A stretch of DNA of 64,000 nt from an uncultured Spirochaetota bacterium. GTDB lineage: Bacteria > Spirochaetota > Spirochaetia > SZUA-6 > CAVTHK01. The position numbers and the translations under genes are program-made. Positions 1 to 10,255 of this stretch are shown one piece after another; within the stretch, counting starts at the first letter, position 1; each line of letters begins with the position of its first letter. The notes beneath the pieces are model-generated. The model saw only the letters and a list, made by a program, of their open reading frames with translations. It searched no databases and was not told where the DNA came from. Location: the NCBI GenBank assembly GCA_963734495.1, contig CAVTHK010000003.1:384001-448000 (forward strand), in the 5' to 3' direction.

Positions 1-706
1 CGTCGGTGATCGTGCCCGAGATCATGAGCGGGAGATCCCGCCCGCCCTTCTCGTTCCAGCTCATGATCGCGTAGATCGCCGCCTTGGCCACCAGCGTGTC
101 GAAGATGGTCTCGATCAGCAGCAGGTCGGCCCCGCCGTCGACGAGCCCCCGGATCGCCTCGGTGTAGGTCGCAGCCAGAGCCTCGAAGGTGGTGTTGCGG
201 AAGCCCGGGTCGTTCACGTCGGGCGACAGCGAGAGCGTGCGGTTGGTCGGGCCGAGCACTCCCGCCACGAACCTCGGCCGGTCGGGCGTGCGGGCGCTCA
301 TGTCGTCGGCCGCGCAGCGCGCGAGGGAAGCGGCCTGGAAGTTCATCTCGTAGACCAGCGCCTCCAGCCCGTAGTCCGACTGGGAGATGGCATTGGAGTT
401 GAAGGTGTTCGTCTCGATGATGTCCGCGCCCGCCTCGAGCATCTGCTGGTGGATGTGGAGGATCAGGTCGGGACGCGTGAGCGTGAGGAAATCATTGTTG
501 CCGACGAGGCTCGTCGCCTCGGGCAGCCGCTCCCCGAGCTTCTCGAAGACCCGCGCCACGTTCGGGTCGGCCCGCCGCCCGTCGAGCGCGCAGAAGCTGT
601 AGTCCTCCTCGGACGCGCCGAGCTTCTGGATCATGGTGCCCATGGCGCCGTCGAGGATGAGGATCCGCTCGGCGAGGAGCGCCTGCAATCGTTCGCGCAT
701 GGTCAT
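1..706 (-). CDS. metH: B12-dependent methionine synthase, N-terminal homocysteine-binding domain (runs off window start)
   Basis: Manual translation of the minus strand gives [76 protein letters not shown]. Start is ATG at 706 or 700. Confidence 0.95.
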   Translation of the reverse strand, partial: MTMRERLQALLAERILILDGAMGTMIQKLGASEEDYSFCALDGRRADPNVARVFEKLGERLPEATSLVGNNDFLTLTRPDLILHIHQQMLEAGADIIETNTFNSNAISQSDYGLEALVYEMNFQAASLARCAADDMSARTPDRPRFVAGVLGPTNRTLSLSPDVNDPGFRNTTFEALAATYTEAIRGLVDGGADLLLIETIFDTLVAKAAIYAIMSWNEKGGRDLPLMISGTITD

Positions 707-854
707 TTCAGTCGGAATGTACTACGAAACCCCGCGGCGAAACCACGCGCGCGCGGGCCGGCCCGCGCCGGCGGATGTCGATCCCGCGTGTCTCCGATCG
801 TCGTATATTCGAGCGCGAGAGAGCGCTCCGAGATCGAGGCCACGGAGGTGTCTC

Positions 855-1214
855 ATGCGGTTCATGGTGATCGTCAAGGCGAACAAAGAGTCCGAGGCGG
901 GCGTGATGCCGGTCAAGGAGGAGCTGCTCGCGATGGACCGGTTCAACCAGGAGCTGACGAAGGCGGGCGTGATGCTCGCGGGCGAAGGGCTGCATGCGAG
1001 CTCCAAGGGCGCGCGCCTGCGGTTCTCGAAGGGCGGGAAGACGACCGTGACCGACGGTCCCTTCGCCGAGACGAAAGAGCTGGTCGCCGGGTTCTGGATC
1101 TGGCAGGTCAGGTCGAAGGAAGAGGCGATCGAGTGGGCGAAGCGCGCGCCTTTCGGGGACGGGGCCGTGCTCGAGATCCGGCAGGTCTTCGAAGAGGCCG
1201 AGTTCGACCGGTAA
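855..1214 (+). CDS. YciI/DGPF family protein
   Basis: MRFMVIVKA...VTDGPFAETKELVAGFWIWQV signature; GGAGG RBS before ATG 855. Confidence 0.9.
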   Translation: MRFMVIVKANKESEAGVMPVKEELLAMDRFNQELTKAGVMLAGEGLHASSKGARLRFSKGGKTTVTDGPFAETKELVAGFWIWQVRSKEEAIEWAKRAPFGDGAVLEIRQVFEEAEFDR

Positions 1215-1229
1215 CCCGGAGGACCACGC

Positions 1230-2513
1230 ATGGCGGCTGACGCGCACCGCGCGATCGAGGCGGTCTGGAGGATCGAGTCGGCGAAGCTCATCGCGGCCCT
1301 CGCGCGCATGGTGCGCGACGTCGGGCACGCCGAGGAGCTGGCGCAGGACGCGCTCGTGGCTGCGCTCGAGCGGTGGCCGCGCACGGGAATCCCGGACAAC
1401 CCGGGGGCGTGGCTCATGGCCACGGCAAAGCGGCGCGCGATCGATCTGCTGAGGCGGAAGAAGCGCCTGGAGCGCAAGCACCAGGAGCTCGGCCGCGAGC
1501 TCGAGATCAGGAACCAGGCCGACGCGCCGGACCTCGAGGCGCGCATGGACGACGACATCGGCGACGACCTCCTGCGGCTGATGTTCACCGCGTGCCACCC
1601 GGTCCTGTCGCGGGAGGCGCGCATCGCGCTGACGCTCCGGCTGCTCGGGGGCCTCACGACCGACGAGATCGCCCGCGCCTTCCTCGTCCCGGAGCCGACC
1701 GTGGCCCAGAGGATCGTGCGCGCCAAGCGGACGCTGGCCGAGGCGCGGGTGCCGTTCGAGGTGCCCCGCGGGCCGGAGCGCGCGGCCCGCCTCTCGTCGG
1801 TGCTCGAGGTGATCTACCTCATCTTCAACGAAGGCTACTCGGCGACCGCGGGCAGCGACTGGATGAGGCCGGCCCTGTGCGAGGACGCCCTGCGCCTCGG
1901 CCGCATCCTCGCCGGGCTCGCGCCGAGCGAGCCGGAGGTGCACGGGCTGGTCGCCCTGATGGAGATCCAGGCATCGCGCTCGAGGGCCCGCGTGGGCCCG
2001 TCGGGGGAGCCGGTGCTGCTGCTCGACCAGGACCGCGGCCGCTGGGATCAGGTCCTCGTGCGCCGCGGCCTCGCCGCCCTCGAGCGCGCCGAGACGCTCG
2101 GCGGCGCGCTCGGCCCGTATGCGCTGCAGGCGGCGATCGCCGCCTGCCACGCGCGGGCGCGCACGGCGTCGGAGACGGACTGGGGACGCATCGCCGCTCT
2201 CTACGACGCGCTCGCCGAGCTCGCGCCTTCGCCCGTCGTCGCGCTGAACCGCGCGGTGGCGCTGGGGATGGCGTTCGGACCCGAAGCCGGCCTCGAGGCC
2301 GTCGACGAGCTCGTCGGGGAGCCTTCGCTCAGGGGCTACCACCTTCTGCCGAGCGTGCGCGGCGACCTGCTCGCGAAGCTCGGCCGCCACGCCGAGGCCC
2401 GCGCCGAGCTCGAGCGCGCGGCGTCGCTCACGCGCAACGCGCGCGAGCGCGACCTGCTGCTCGCCCGGGCGGCTGCCTGCGGCCGCAGCCTCGCGGGGGC
2501 GGAGTCGGCCTGA
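1230..2513 (+). CDS. ECF RNA polymerase sigma factor with C-terminal TPR-like extension (DUF6596 type)
   Basis: AEELAQDALVAALERWP, LRLMFTACHPVL, EIARAFLVPEPTVAQRIVRAK, VIYLIFNEGYSA; this type is usually paired with YciI. Confidence 0.9.
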   Translation: MAADAHRAIEAVWRIESAKLIAALARMVRDVGHAEELAQDALVAALERWPRTGIPDNPGAWLMATAKRRAIDLLRRKKRLERKHQELGRELEIRNQADAPDLEARMDDDIGDDLLRLMFTACHPVLSREARIALTLRLLGGLTTDEIARAFLVPEPTVAQRIVRAKRTLAEARVPFEVPRGPERAARLSSVLEVIYLIFNEGYSATAGSDWMRPALCEDALRLGRILAGLAPSEPEVHGLVALMEIQASRSRARVGPSGEPVLLLDQDRGRWDQVLVRRGLAALERAETLGGALGPYALQAAIAACHARARTASETDWGRIAALYDALAELAPSPVVALNRAVALGMAFGPEAGLEAVDELVGEPSLRGYHLLPSVRGDLLAKLGRHAEARAELERAASLTRNARERDLLLARAAACGRSLAGAESA

Positions 2514-2550
2514 GAGCGGCGTCCCGCGGCCGGCGCGGCGGCGTCCCGCC

Positions 2551-4064
2551 TCAATCCACGAACAGGTTCTTGCTCGCGAAGGCGGGCTCGCAGGTGAGGT
2601 TGATCCCGAGCTTGCGCAGTCCCGCCTCGTCGCCCGGCGTGGGGATGTGGGTGACGTGGGCCTCGCAGCCCCGCAGCAGCTTGAGCTTCTCGACCGCGGC
2701 CTGCGCCGCCGGGTTCATGGCGGCGCTGATGGACAGCGCGATCAGGGTCTCCTCGAGGTCCAGGCTGAGCTGCCTGCCCGCGAGGACTTCCTTCTTGAAG
2801 TGGGTGAGCGACTCGGTGATCTGCGGCGGCAGGAGGTGGATCGGGTCGGGATCCCGGCCAGCGTCTTGGCGGCGTTGAGGATGAGGCTCGAGGCCGCGTG
2901 CATCAGCGGCGAGTTCTTGCCCGTGACGATCGTGCCGTCGGGCAGCTCGAGGGCCGCGCCGCAGTAGACCCCTTCGCTTCCCTTGCCGCGGATCTTCGCG
3001 TCGTGCGCCGCCTCCTGGGCGGGAGCGACGACGCAGCGGTCGCGCACGCCGACCTCGAGGTCCTCCATCAGCAGCTCGACCCGCTGCACCGAAGCGCGGC
3101 CGGTGAGCCCCATCGCGTACTCGCAGGCGTAGCGGAAGTAGCGCCGGATCACCTCCTGCGTGGCCGCCTCGCGCACCGCCGCGTCGTCCACGATCCCGAA
3201 GCCGGCGCGGTTGACGCCCATGTCGGTCGGCGAGCGGTAGACCGTGGCCTCGCCCGCGATCCGCTCGAGGATCCGCCTGAGCACGGGGAAGACTTCGACG
3301 TCGCGGTTGTAGTTGACGGCCTTCTCGTTGCACGCCTCGAGGTGGAACGGGTCGATGAGGTTCACGTCGCCGATGTCGGCGGTGGCGGCCTCGTAGGCGA
3401 CGTTGACGGGGTGGTTGAGCGGCAGGTTCCAGATCGGGAAGGTCTCGAACTTCGCGTAGCCCGCGTTCACGCCGCGGCGGTGCTCGTGATAGAGCTGGGA
3501 GAGGCAGGTGGCGAGCTTGCCGCTGTTGGGTCCCGGCCCGGTGACGACGACGACGGGCTTGCTCGTCTCGATGTAGCGGTTGGCGCCGTAGCCCTCGTCG
3601 CTCACGATCGTGTCCACGTCGGTCGGGTAGCCCTTGGTGAACTTGTGCGTGAAGACCGCGATCCCGCGCCGCTCGAGCCGGTCGCGGAAGAGCCTGGCAG
3701 CCGGCTGGTCGTCGAAGCGGGTGATCACCACGGCGCGCACGCCGATGCCCCACTCCGCGAGGTCGTCGATGAGCTTGAGCGCGTCCGAGTCGTAGGTGAT
3801 GCCGAAGTCGGCGCGGATCTTCTTCCGCTCGATGTCGCCGGCGTAGATGCAGAGGAGCACCTCGGCGGAGTCGGCGAGATCGCGCAGCAGCCGCATCTTG
3901 ACGTTCGGATCGAAGCCGGGCAGCACGCGCGCGGCGTGATAGTCGTACAGCAGCTTGCCGCCGAACTCCAGGTAGAGCTTGTTGCCGAAGCGGCGCATCC
4001 GCTCGAGGATCGCGGCGCTCTGCTCCTCCAGGTACTTCTCGTTGTCGAATCCGGGTCGGGTCAC
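2551..4064 (-). CDS. DUF1846 family P-loop protein (one frameshift near 2845)
   Basis: [67 protein letters not shown]. The C-terminus ([12 protein letters not shown]...LGINLTCEP) continues in another frame. Confidence 0.88.
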
Positions 4065-4077
4065 TGGCCCCTGCGGC

Positions 4078-4497
4078 TTACCGCAGCACCCTTTCTTCCT
4101 TGAAGGTGTCCCAGTCGGTGACCTTGACGTCGCCCATGTCGGCGATCGCCAGGTTGGTAAAGGTCAGGGCGAGGCAGCCTTCCTCGAGGTGGCCGCCAAA
4201 GGCGTTGCGCTCGTCCGAGAACGTGATGTGGCAGTGCACGCGGCCGTCGATGATGAAACCGCCCATGACGCAGATGTCCAGCGCCTGGATGCTCTTGGGG
4301 TAGCTCTCGGCCGGCGGCAGGTCGTTGCTCATCACCACGTGGAAGTGCGAGCGGCTGACCGAGCCGAAGCCCGTCATCACGACGCCGTTCTTCACGCCGT
4401 GCTCCTTGACCGCCTGCCGGATGCCGAGGAGGATGTCGTCTCCCGGCGCTATCCTGATCATGACCACCCGTTTGATCTCGGCGACTCGTGACAGCAT
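4078..4497 (-). CDS. PPC/DUF296 domain protein
   Basis: [12 protein letters not shown]...GFGSVS...VHCHITFSD...[18 protein letters not shown]. Confidence 0.85.
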   Translation of the reverse strand: MLSRVAEIKRVVMIRIAPGDDILLGIRQAVKEHGVKNGVVMTGFGSVSRSHFHVVMSNDLPPAESYPKSIQALDICVMGGFIIDGRVHCHITFSDERNAFGGHLEEGCLALTFTNLAIADMGDVKVTDWDTFKEERVLR

Positions 4498-4647
4498 GGG
4501 ACTCTCCTTGGGGTCTGCCCGGCTCGCGTGTGCTCGCGGGCCATGGGCTCGTCTCGGCCCCCTTGGGGGGCGCCCGCATTCTAACCGCAGTGGCGCGGAT
4601 GCCACAACACGGCGTACTCCCGCGCCGTGACGCGCCGCGCGTCAGGG

Positions 4648-4692
4648 TTGACAACGGACCCTGATAGGTTAAAAGTAAGTTAACCGGTCAAC
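4648..4692 (+). promoter_or_regulatory. Sigma70-like promoter with LacI-type operator upstream of the lacI-family gene
   Basis: TTGACA at 4648-4653, an AT-rich -10 region near 4670, and the near-perfect palindrome GTTAACCGGTCAAC at 4679-4692 with a central CG typical of LacI-family operators. Confidence 0.65.
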
Positions 4693-4721
4693 CAAGCGTT
4701 AACTGGGACGCGGGAGGCGGG

Positions 4722-5755
4722 TTGAAGGTCGGGCTCAAGGACATCGCCGAACGCGTCGGGCTCTCGAAGGCGGCCGTGTCGCTCTATTTCCGCGATCCCT
4801 CGACGTCGCGCGTGAGCGACGAGAGCAAGACGCGCATCCGCGTCGCGGCGGCCGAGCTCGACTACCGGCCCGACGTGTTCGCCCGCAGTCTCTCCGCGCG
4901 CAAGAGCCACATGATCGCGATCCTGATCCCCTTCGATCTGCCGTACTTCCGCAGCACGTACCTGAACGAGGCGCTGTGCGGGATCCAGAGCGTCCTCTTC
5001 GACCGCGGCTACAACTTCGTCTTCGTCCCGAGCCGGGGCAACAACTCCACCGCGATCCTCAGGAGCCAGCTCGAGCGCGGCCGCGGCTACGACGGCTTCA
5101 TCATCTTCGGCACCCGCGCCTGCACGATGGCCGACATGCGCGCGAACGTCGAGCAGATGCACAAGGTCGGCGTCCCCTTCGCCGTGCTGAACATGCCGGA
5201 CATGGGCAGCGACATCAACCAGGTCGTCAACGTCAGCCCGCGCGCCGCCGAGCGCCATCCGCTACCTGCTGGACCTGGGCCACGAGCGCATCCTCCTGAT
5301 GGGCGGCAAGGCCGCAGGCCCCCGACACGGAGGACTGCATCCGCGAATACCGCGAGGGATTCGCGGAGCGCGGCCTCGCGGTCGACGAGCAGCTCTTTCT
5401 CAACGGCGACTACGAGGAGATGGTGGCGCGCAGCCAGATCCTGCAGGCGCTCGACCGCGGCGTCCGTTTCACGGCCGTGTACTGCCTCACCGACACGATG
5501 GCGCTCGGGGTCTACGAGGGGCTCGCCGAGAGGGGGCTCGCCGTGCCCGCGAACGTGTCGGTGATAGGGAAGAACGACTCGTTCTTCGCGCGCTTCCTGA
5601 GCCCGCCGCTCACGAGCGTGCGCGTGCCGATGTTCGAGGCGGGACGGCTGGGCGCCGAGAGCCTGCTTCGCAGCATCGAAGGCGGCGAAGAGCCCCGCAA
5701 GATCTTCCTGAAGAACGAGCTGATCCTGAGGCTGTCGACCGCCATCAGGAGGTAA
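4722..5755 (+). CDS. LacI-family transcriptional regulator (frameshifts near 5248 and 5320)
   Basis: HTH LKDIAERVGLSKAAVS; AIRYLLDLGHERI; FTAVYCLTDTMALG; VSVIGKND..PPLTSVRVP, spread over three frames. Confidence 0.88.
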
Positions 5756-5809
5756 GGGAGGTTTCACGGCCTCGTCCGAGGCCTGAGCGAAGATCGCAGG
5801 AGGAAAGAC

Positions 5810-7160
5810 GTGAAAAAGGAATGGTCAGTGCTGGTGCTCGTCCTCGCCGTGCTGCTCGCGCCGGCCGCGCTGTTCGCGGCGGGCGGGCAGGAGGCCGCCA
5901 GGGAGACCGGCCCCATCAAGATGTCGTTCTGGCACCTGTGGGGCGGCTCGCGGGCCGAGCTCATCGACGCCCTGGCCAAGAAGTTCAAGGCCGACCACCC
6001 GAACGTGGAGCTGGAGGTGACGTTCACGGCGCCCGAACGACCTGCAGACCAAGGTCGTGCAGGCGGCCGGCACCGGAACGCTCCCCGACGTGTTCAACAT
6101 GCACACGGGGTGGTACGACAACCTGCAGCCCGCCGACACCATGCTCAAGCTCGACGGCTTCCTCGCGAAGGAGAAGATCGACATCAAGGCGATCCTCCTG
6201 GAGCCCGAGTGGAAGCGCAGCTATTACGACAACGCCGTCTACAGCCTGCCCAACGTCCTCGCCGGCGCGCAGGGGCTCTTGTTCTACAACAAGGGCCTGA
6301 TGCGCAAGGCCGGCCTCGATGCGGAGAAGGACGCGCCGAAGAACTGGGACGATTTCGTCCGCGTGAGCAAGGTCCTGATCAAGGCGCTCAACCAGCCGGG
6401 CAAGCTGGACGTCATCGTGTGGGACCCCTGGATGCACGTCGGCCAGAACATGATCCAGGTGTACTCCCACATGGCGGGCTTCCCGACCGTGTCCGCCGAC
6501 AGCAAGACTTCGCTGTTCAACACCCCGGGCGTGCTCGACACCGCGCGGAAGTTCGACCAGTACATCACCGAAGTCTACGGCCCCTACGGCGGCTACAAGG
6601 CCATCATCGAGTGGTCGAGCCGCGTGGCCGGCGTCGACTACGGCGCAGCGCAGGTGCAGGCCTTCACCAAGGAAGCGCAGGTCTTCTACGTCTCGGGCTC
6701 GTGGACCATCGGCCAGGTGCAGGCCGCCAACCCGAAGCTCGACATGGGCCTGCTGCCCATCCCGGGCTTCAAGGGCCAGCATGGCGCGGCCGCCAAGCAC
6801 GGGTGGTCGTACGCCATCAACAAGAAGGTCAAGTACCCCCAGACCGCCTGGGCGCTCGAGAAGTTCCTCACCCTCGACCCCAAGGGCAACGGCGAGTTCT
6901 GCATCGTCCAGGGCAGGCCCTGTCCCATCACTGCGGTCAACGACGACCCGCGCTACCTCTCGCAGGGCGAGATCTGGAAGAGCCTGGTCACCGCGATGAA
7001 GCTCGACTACACGCCCGACTACAACGACCACTTCAACGCGCTGATCCCGTGGCTGCGCGACGTGCCGGCTCGCCGGGCCTCGGGCCAGTCGATCGAAGAG
7101 GCGATGGGGTACGTGCATAAGATGTTCACCGATTACCTGAACGACCTCTACAAGAAATAG
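5810..7160 (+). CDS. Carbohydrate ABC transporter substrate-binding protein (frameshift near 6030)
   Basis: Signal peptide ...LFAAGGQE, MSFWHLW, AAGTGTLPDVF, LLFYNKGLMRKAGLD, PKNWDDF. Confidence 0.88.
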
Positions 7161-8084
7161 ATGAAGAAGGCCGCCAGCCGATCGGGGGGGCTCGTCATCG
7201 GACGGCCCCCCGTGCGAAAGGGCCTCACCGCCCTCCTGTTCCTGGCGCCGTGGCTCGTGTCGCTCGTGGTGTTCTGGTACGGGCCGATCCTCGCCACCGT
7301 GGGCTTGAGCTTCAGCCGCTACAAGCTCATCGGCTCCCCGAGGCTCATCGGGCTCGCCAACTACTCCGCCATCTTTCAGGACTCCTACTTCTGGGTCGGG
7401 CTGCGGACCACGTTCGTCTTCACCGCGCTCTACCTGCCCGCCAACTTCGTGCTGGGGCTCGCCACCGCGTGGCTGCTGAGTCTCGACGTGCGCCTGAAGG
7501 GCCTGTGGCGCACGGTGCTGTACGTGCCGTCGGTCCTGCCCGTGATCGCGGTCCTCGTGCTCGGCAAGTTCATCTTCTACCCCAACGGCCTGATGAACAC
7601 GGCGCTCGAGCTCTTCGGCATCAAGGGGCCCCTGTGGCTCGCGAACCCGCGCCTGATCATCCCGGCTTCGGTGATGCTCACCGCGTGGCAGTGCGGCACG
7701 GCCATGGTGGTCTACCTGGGCGCCCTGCAGAACGTGCCGTCGCAGTACTACGAAGCCGCCGAGATCGACGGCCTCGGTCGGGTGCGGCAGTTCTTCGGGA
7801 TCACGATCCCGCTGATCTCGCCCGCGATCTTCTTCCGCGTGATCATCGACCTGATCTTCGCGCTGACGATCTTTATCCCCGCGCTCATCCTGCCCGAAGG
7901 CGGGGTTCCCGGCGGGCCCGCGGACGGCTCCCGCTTCTACGTGCTGCACCTCTACGAGAAGGCGTTCAAACGCTTCAACATCGGCGAGGCATCGGCGCTG
8001 GCCACCGTGCTGATCCTCATATGCGTGGTGCTCACCTGGATGGTCATCCGGGCGAGCGAGCGCTACGTGCACTACGAGAGCTGA
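7161..8084 (+). CDS. Carbohydrate ABC transporter permease
   Basis: Multiple TM segments; EAA loop YYEAAEIDG...FFGITIPLISP. Confidence 0.92.
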   Translation: MKKAASRSGGLVIGRPPVRKGLTALLFLAPWLVSLVVFWYGPILATVGLSFSRYKLIGSPRLIGLANYSAIFQDSYFWVGLRTTFVFTALYLPANFVLGLATAWLLSLDVRLKGLWRTVLYVPSVLPVIAVLVLGKFIFYPNGLMNTALELFGIKGPLWLANPRLIIPASVMLTAWQCGTAMVVYLGALQNVPSQYYEAAEIDGLGRVRQFFGITIPLISPAIFFRVIIDLIFALTIFIPALILPEGGVPGGPADGSRFYVLHLYEKAFKRFNIGEASALATVLILICVVLTWMVIRASERYVHYES

Positions 8085-8089
8085 CCCCC

Positions 8090-8935
8090 ATGAGCGTCAA
8101 TGCACTGAGAACCCGCTGGTCGCGCCTGGCCGCCTATGCCGCGGTGATCGCCGTCTGCCTCGTGTTCGCGGCGCCGTTCGTCTATCTCTTCTCGACGGCG
8201 CTCAAGGACGAGGCGCAGCTGCTCAGCAAGCCGCGCGAATTCTTCCCCGCGCCCCTGCACTTCCGCAACTTCGTCACCGTCTTCGAGCGCTTCGACATCG
8301 TGCGCTATTTCGCGAACACGGTGCTCGTCGTGGTCGGCAGCGTGGCCGGCAACGTCATCGTGAGCACCCTCGCAGGGTACGCGCTCTCGCGCATGCAGTA
8401 CCGGGGCCGCGAGCTGGTGTTCCTGCTGACCCTCGGGTGCATGTTCATGCCGCTGTTCCTCATCATCATCCCGCGCTTCATCGTGTTCAAGCACCTCGGC
8501 ATGATCGGGACGCTGCTGCCGCTGATCGTGCCCTCGGCCCTCGGCTCGCCGCTCTGCATCTTCCTGATGCGGCAGTACCTCCGCGGCATCCCGATGGACC
8601 TGAACGAAGCCGCCCGCATCGACGGCTGCGGCGAGGCGAGGATCTACGCGCAGGTCATCATGCCGCTGTGCCGCGCGGCGGTGGCCACCATCGTGATCTT
8701 CACGACGCAGTGGCGGTGGAACGACTTTATCGAGCCGCTCATCTACCTGTCGAACGAGAAGCTCTACACCATCACGATGGGGCTCTACATGGTGCTCGGG
8801 CAGAGCGCCGAGGACATCACGATCCACCTGGTGATGGCGTTTCTGATCCTCTCGATCGTGCCGATCCTGGCGGTGTTCGCCGCGGCGCAGAAGCAGTTCG
8901 TCGAAGGCGTCTCCCACACGGGGCTCAAGGGATAA
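8090..8935 (+). CDS. Carbohydrate ABC transporter permease
   Basis: IFLMRQYLRGIPMDLNEAARIDGC, WNDFIEPLIYL, QKQFVEGVSHTGLKG. Confidence 0.92.
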   Translation: MSVNALRTRWSRLAAYAAVIAVCLVFAAPFVYLFSTALKDEAQLLSKPREFFPAPLHFRNFVTVFERFDIVRYFANTVLVVVGSVAGNVIVSTLAGYALSRMQYRGRELVFLLTLGCMFMPLFLIIIPRFIVFKHLGMIGTLLPLIVPSALGSPLCIFLMRQYLRGIPMDLNEAARIDGCGEARIYAQVIMPLCRAAVATIVIFTTQWRWNDFIEPLIYLSNEKLYTITMGLYMVLGQSAEDITIHLVMAFLILSIVPILAVFAAAQKQFVEGVSHTGLKG

Positions 8936-8941
8936 GGGCCG

Positions 8942-10255
8942 ATGAAGACCATTCGCGAGCCGGCCCGGGACATCCCCGTGACCGCGGAGTCGGACGTCGT
9001 CGTCGTGGGCGCGGGACCGGCCGGCTTCGCAGCGGCAGTAAACGCGGCGCGCCTCGGGGCGCGCACGCTGCTGCTCGAGCAGAGCGGCATCGTCGGCGGG
9101 GTGGCCACCAGCGGCCTCATGAGCCTCTGGACCGGCAATACGCGCGGTCCTCTGTACGAGGAAATCCTCGAGCGCTCTGCGGACCGGCGCGGCGGCTTCG
9201 AGTACTACGGCGGCAAGGTCCGCGAATGGCGGACGATCATCAACACTGAGCGCCTGAAGACCGTGCTGCTGGAGATGCTCGAGGAGGCGGGCGTGGAGCT
9301 GCGGCTTTACACCTTTGCCTGCCTGCCGGTCATGGAGGGCGGGACGGTCGGCGGCGTCGTGACGGAGAGCAAGAGCGGCCGCGAGGCGGTGCTCGGCCGC
9401 GTGGTGGTGGACGCCTCGGGCGACGGCGACGTCGCCGCCGCCGCGGGCGTGCCCTACGTCAAGGGCCGCGAGGGCGACGGCAGGATGCAGCCCGCGACGC
9501 TCATGTTCCGCGTGGCGGGGGTGGACACGGAACGCGCCGTGTTCCCGGGCGAGTTCGGCGACACCTTCCCGGTGCCCGACGGCGACCTGCAGGAGCTCGG
9601 GCGCGGCGAGCTGCCCTTTCCCGCCGGCCACGTGCTGCTGTACCCGACGACACTCCCGGGCATCGTGACCGCCAACATGACGAACTGCATCGGCGTGGAC
9701 GGCACGCGCGCGGCCGACCTCACGCGCGCGACGATCGCCTGCCGGAAGCAGATCGGGCCGATCGTGGAGTTCCTGCGCAGGCGCGTGCCGGGGTTCGAGC
9801 GCTGCTATCCGCTCGAGTCCGCGGCCATGATCGGCGTGCGGGAGACGCGCCACTTCGAGGGCGAGAACAGGATCACGGAGCAGGACATCCTGGAGGCGCG
9901 GGTCTTCGACGACTGGATCGTGACCCGGGCGTACTTCAATTTCGACGTCCACAACATGAGCGGGTCGGGCCTGGACGAGAGCGGCGAGCAGGCCAGGTTC
10001 CCCCAGGACAAGGGCTACACCATCCCCTACGGCTGCTTCGTGCCGAAGAACGTCGACGGGCTGCTGCTCGCGGGCCGCAACATCTCAGGCACGCACCTGG
10101 CCCACTCCAACTTCCGCGTCATGCCGATCTGCGTGAACATGGGCCAGGGCGTGGGAGCCGCGGCCGCGCTCTGCGCCGCCCGCCGCTGCCGGCCCCGCGA
10201 TCTCGACGTCGGCGAGGTGCAGGACGTGCTGCGGCACCAGGGGGTCGAGCCTTGA
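8942..10255 (+). CDS. FAD-dependent oxidoreductase (FAD_oxidored-type)
   Basis: DVVVVGAGPAG, VVVDASGDGD, GVRETRHFEG, IPYGCFVP..LLLAGRNIS, RVMPICVNMGQGVG. Confidence 0.9.
   Translation: MKTIREPARDIPVTAESDVVVVGAGPAGFAAAVNAARLGARTLLLEQSGIVGGVATSGLMSLWTGNTRGPLYEEILERSADRRGGFEYYGGKVREWRTIINTERLKTVLLEMLEEAGVELRLYTFACLPVMEGGTVGGVVTESKSGREAVLGRVVVDASGDGDVAAAAGVPYVKGREGDGRMQPATLMFRVAGVDTERAVFPGEFGDTFPVPDGDLQELGRGELPFPAGHVLLYPTTLPGIVTANMTNCIGVDGTRAADLTRATIACRKQIGPIVEFLRRRVPGFERCYPLESAAMIGVRETRHFEGENRITEQDILEARVFDDWIVTRAYFNFDVHNMSGSGLDESGEQARFPQDKGYTIPYGCFVPKNVDGLLLAGRNISGTHLAHSNFRVMPICVNMGQGVGAAAALCAARRCRPRDLDVGEVQDVLRHQGVEP

Noticed and set aside
708-2390. Long antisense and alternate-frame ORFs (also 6024-8072, 19511-21457, 27424-29226, 57213-59129, 60355-62790 and many others)
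   Set aside because: Shadow ORFs expected from high GC and codon bias. They have R/A/G/P-rich or reverse-complement-type composition, no motifs, and overlap well-supported genes.
855-2513. YciI plus ECF sigma pair as a novel system
   Set aside because: A widespread, already recognised gene pairing.
5810-8935. Missing ATPase in the sugar ABC operon as a sign of decay
   Set aside because: CUT1 transporters commonly share an unlinked MsmX/MalK-type ATPase.
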